A stretch of DNA of 63,525 nt, counting the filler, from Octopus bimaculoides (Eukaryota): assembly GCF_001194135.2 (NCBI RefSeq). It is 4 parts of 4 records of this genome, joined end to end, with 100 filler letters (N's around TTAATTAATTAA, not from the genome) between each part and the next. Parts side by side here need not be neighbours in the genome. Positions count along the whole stretch, not along the records: positions 58,814 to 63,525 come from NC_068982.1; 3 more parts are not named here. The stretch is one strand, 5' to 3'. The position numbers and the translations under genes are program-made. Below are positions 61,917 through 63,525 of this stretch, piece after piece. Numbering within the stretch: position 1 is the stretch's first letter; every line of letters starts with the position of its first letter. The notes under the pieces are model-generated. The model did not search any database and was not told where the DNA came from. It saw only the letters and a program-made list of their open reading frames with translations.

Positions 61917-62861
61917 CTAGAAAAATAAATTAAATAATTAATTGATAAACACATAATAAAACACATGATAAACTGATAAATAGTTGAAAATATTAAATGA
62001 TACACTGACAATATTCCAATTTATAAATATTACTGAGAAGCTAACGACATTGGAGAAAGAAAACGTTTCTTTTCTTCCATTAATCTGGGTGGTTTACATT
62101 AGAGCAGATATATCACAAGCTTTATCTTCACTCTCATGGTCATAGTGAAAATGGCCATGCTTATGATAAAAAAGGAAAGTTTTAATATCTCAACAACAGC
62201 ATAAACACAATTGCTGGCAAAATACCAATTTACAAAAATGATGCATATACTTATAAGTTCTACCAGCAGATTACTACATTGCTGTGAGAAGAATGCATTC
62301 TACTAAAATGAAAACTTTCAACATACATTTAACTATTAAAACTATCTGTGTGGAACATCTTAACTTTGTAAGTTAACTTAAAGCCTACCTAGTCCTTAAC
62401 TTCTTTCTTTCTTTCATTTACTGTAGATTAATTTTTCTACTATTTTGTTGTAGACATTATTCCAATGCTGATTTCTGTTGTCATCACAATTATCCTGTAA
62501 TTAGCTTCATGTGTGAATTATAAACTTTTAAGTTATTGCCTGTGACCTTGAAGACAATTTTTAACAAAAGTATTGACCACAAATTTATGAAAAGGAGTTA
62601 TCTACTGCGATACTAATAGCTAACTGGTACTTTATATATATATATAATTATGTGTATTTCTTCTATCTTAATGAATAAAANNNNNNNNNNNNNNNNNNNN
62701 NNNNNNNNNNNNNNNNNNNNNNNNNNNNNNNNNNNNNNNNNNNNNNNNNNNNNNNNNNNNNNNNNNNNNNNNNNNNNNNNCTATGTGAAGGAGAGAGCAG
62801 ACAAAGAAGCCTGGGTTATAAAAAACATTATTGTTAATTGATTTATTAATTAATAAATTGA

Positions 62862-63018
62862 TAAGTGGTTGGCGTTAGGAAGGGCATCCAGCTGTAGAAA
62901 CTCTGCCAAATCAGACTGGAGCCTGGTGTTGCCATCCGGTTTCACCAGTCCTCAGTCAAATCGTCCAACCCATGCTAGCATGGAAAGCGGACGTTAAACG
63001 ATGATGATGATGATGATA
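62862..63018 (+). mobile_element. Family C tail, short young copy
   Basis: aagtggttggcgttaggaagggcatccagctgtagaaac...catgctagcatggaaagcggacgttaaacg(atg)n. Confidence 0.88.
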
Positions 63019-63525
63019 ATCCTTTACCCTTTTAATTTGTAATGATTAATCACTCCCTGTTAGTATACGCAGATTCTCTGCGGTATCACTTGTCGCGCAC
63101 ATGCTAATTTCTTGAAGGAAGGACAGTTAGACTGGCTGACCGAGGGGGATTCGGTTATGTTTTCAGATCTGTGTCGGTGTGGAATGTTACTTGTTCATGC
63201 TTGCACAGATTGCTAGCATAGTCAAATTTACTGCTGGAATACAGTATTGATGAAGGAAATTGAGTATCAATCATAATCCAGGAACGCGTCTACTGTTAAC
63301 CTTCGGAATGGTTAGTTTTTCATTGTTTTTTTCTTCTTGTTTTTGCCTTTGTGAGTTACAAGTGATGCTATCTGTGGGATTCTCAGCTTTTTTAGCTGCT
63401 ATTTCTGAACTTCGGTATATGGTGAAGCAAATATTTGCTGATCCCTTAATTATGTTTATAAATATATATGAGCTTTTAAATAAGTTCTCCACCAATAATG
63501 GTGCTTTCATACCGATGGGCTTAGT

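Overview
Eukaryotic, AT-rich, repeat-dense draft genomic DNA with many N gaps and fixed 44N-TTAATTAATTAA-44N gap fillers. The SINE families and a C2H2 zinc-finger remnant starting MENEWCEN point to an octopus (cephalopod) genome; this is an inference. Most of the window is transposon debris: at least five tRNA-derived or LINE-tail SINE families, often nested; fragments of RTE, CR1/L2, R4/Dong-like and CRE-like non-LTR retrotransposons; two degenerate Helitron helicase fragments; hAT, piggyBac-like and TTAA-flanked MITEs; and micro/minisatellites. Host genes are visible only as spliced exons. On the minus strand there is the 3' half of a CMTM/MARVEL four-TM protein gene (exons 55866-55961 and 51478-51636, probably also 57377-57457) and two phase-compatible coiled-coil exons (61755-61916, 61498-61657). 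On the plus strand there is a candidate exon pair (38728-38941). Most notable observations: an intact-looking minimal hammerhead ribozyme (54915-54960, minus) in sense orientation in the last CMTM intron, plus a degenerate one at 40045-40080; a C2H2-ZNF pseudogene with a 24-bp VNTR nested in the same intron; a spacerless ~150-bp palindrome; and in-window evidence for two SINE-LINE tail partnerships. SINE family labels A-F are my working labels. Repeat boundaries are approximate; exon boundaries were read base by base.
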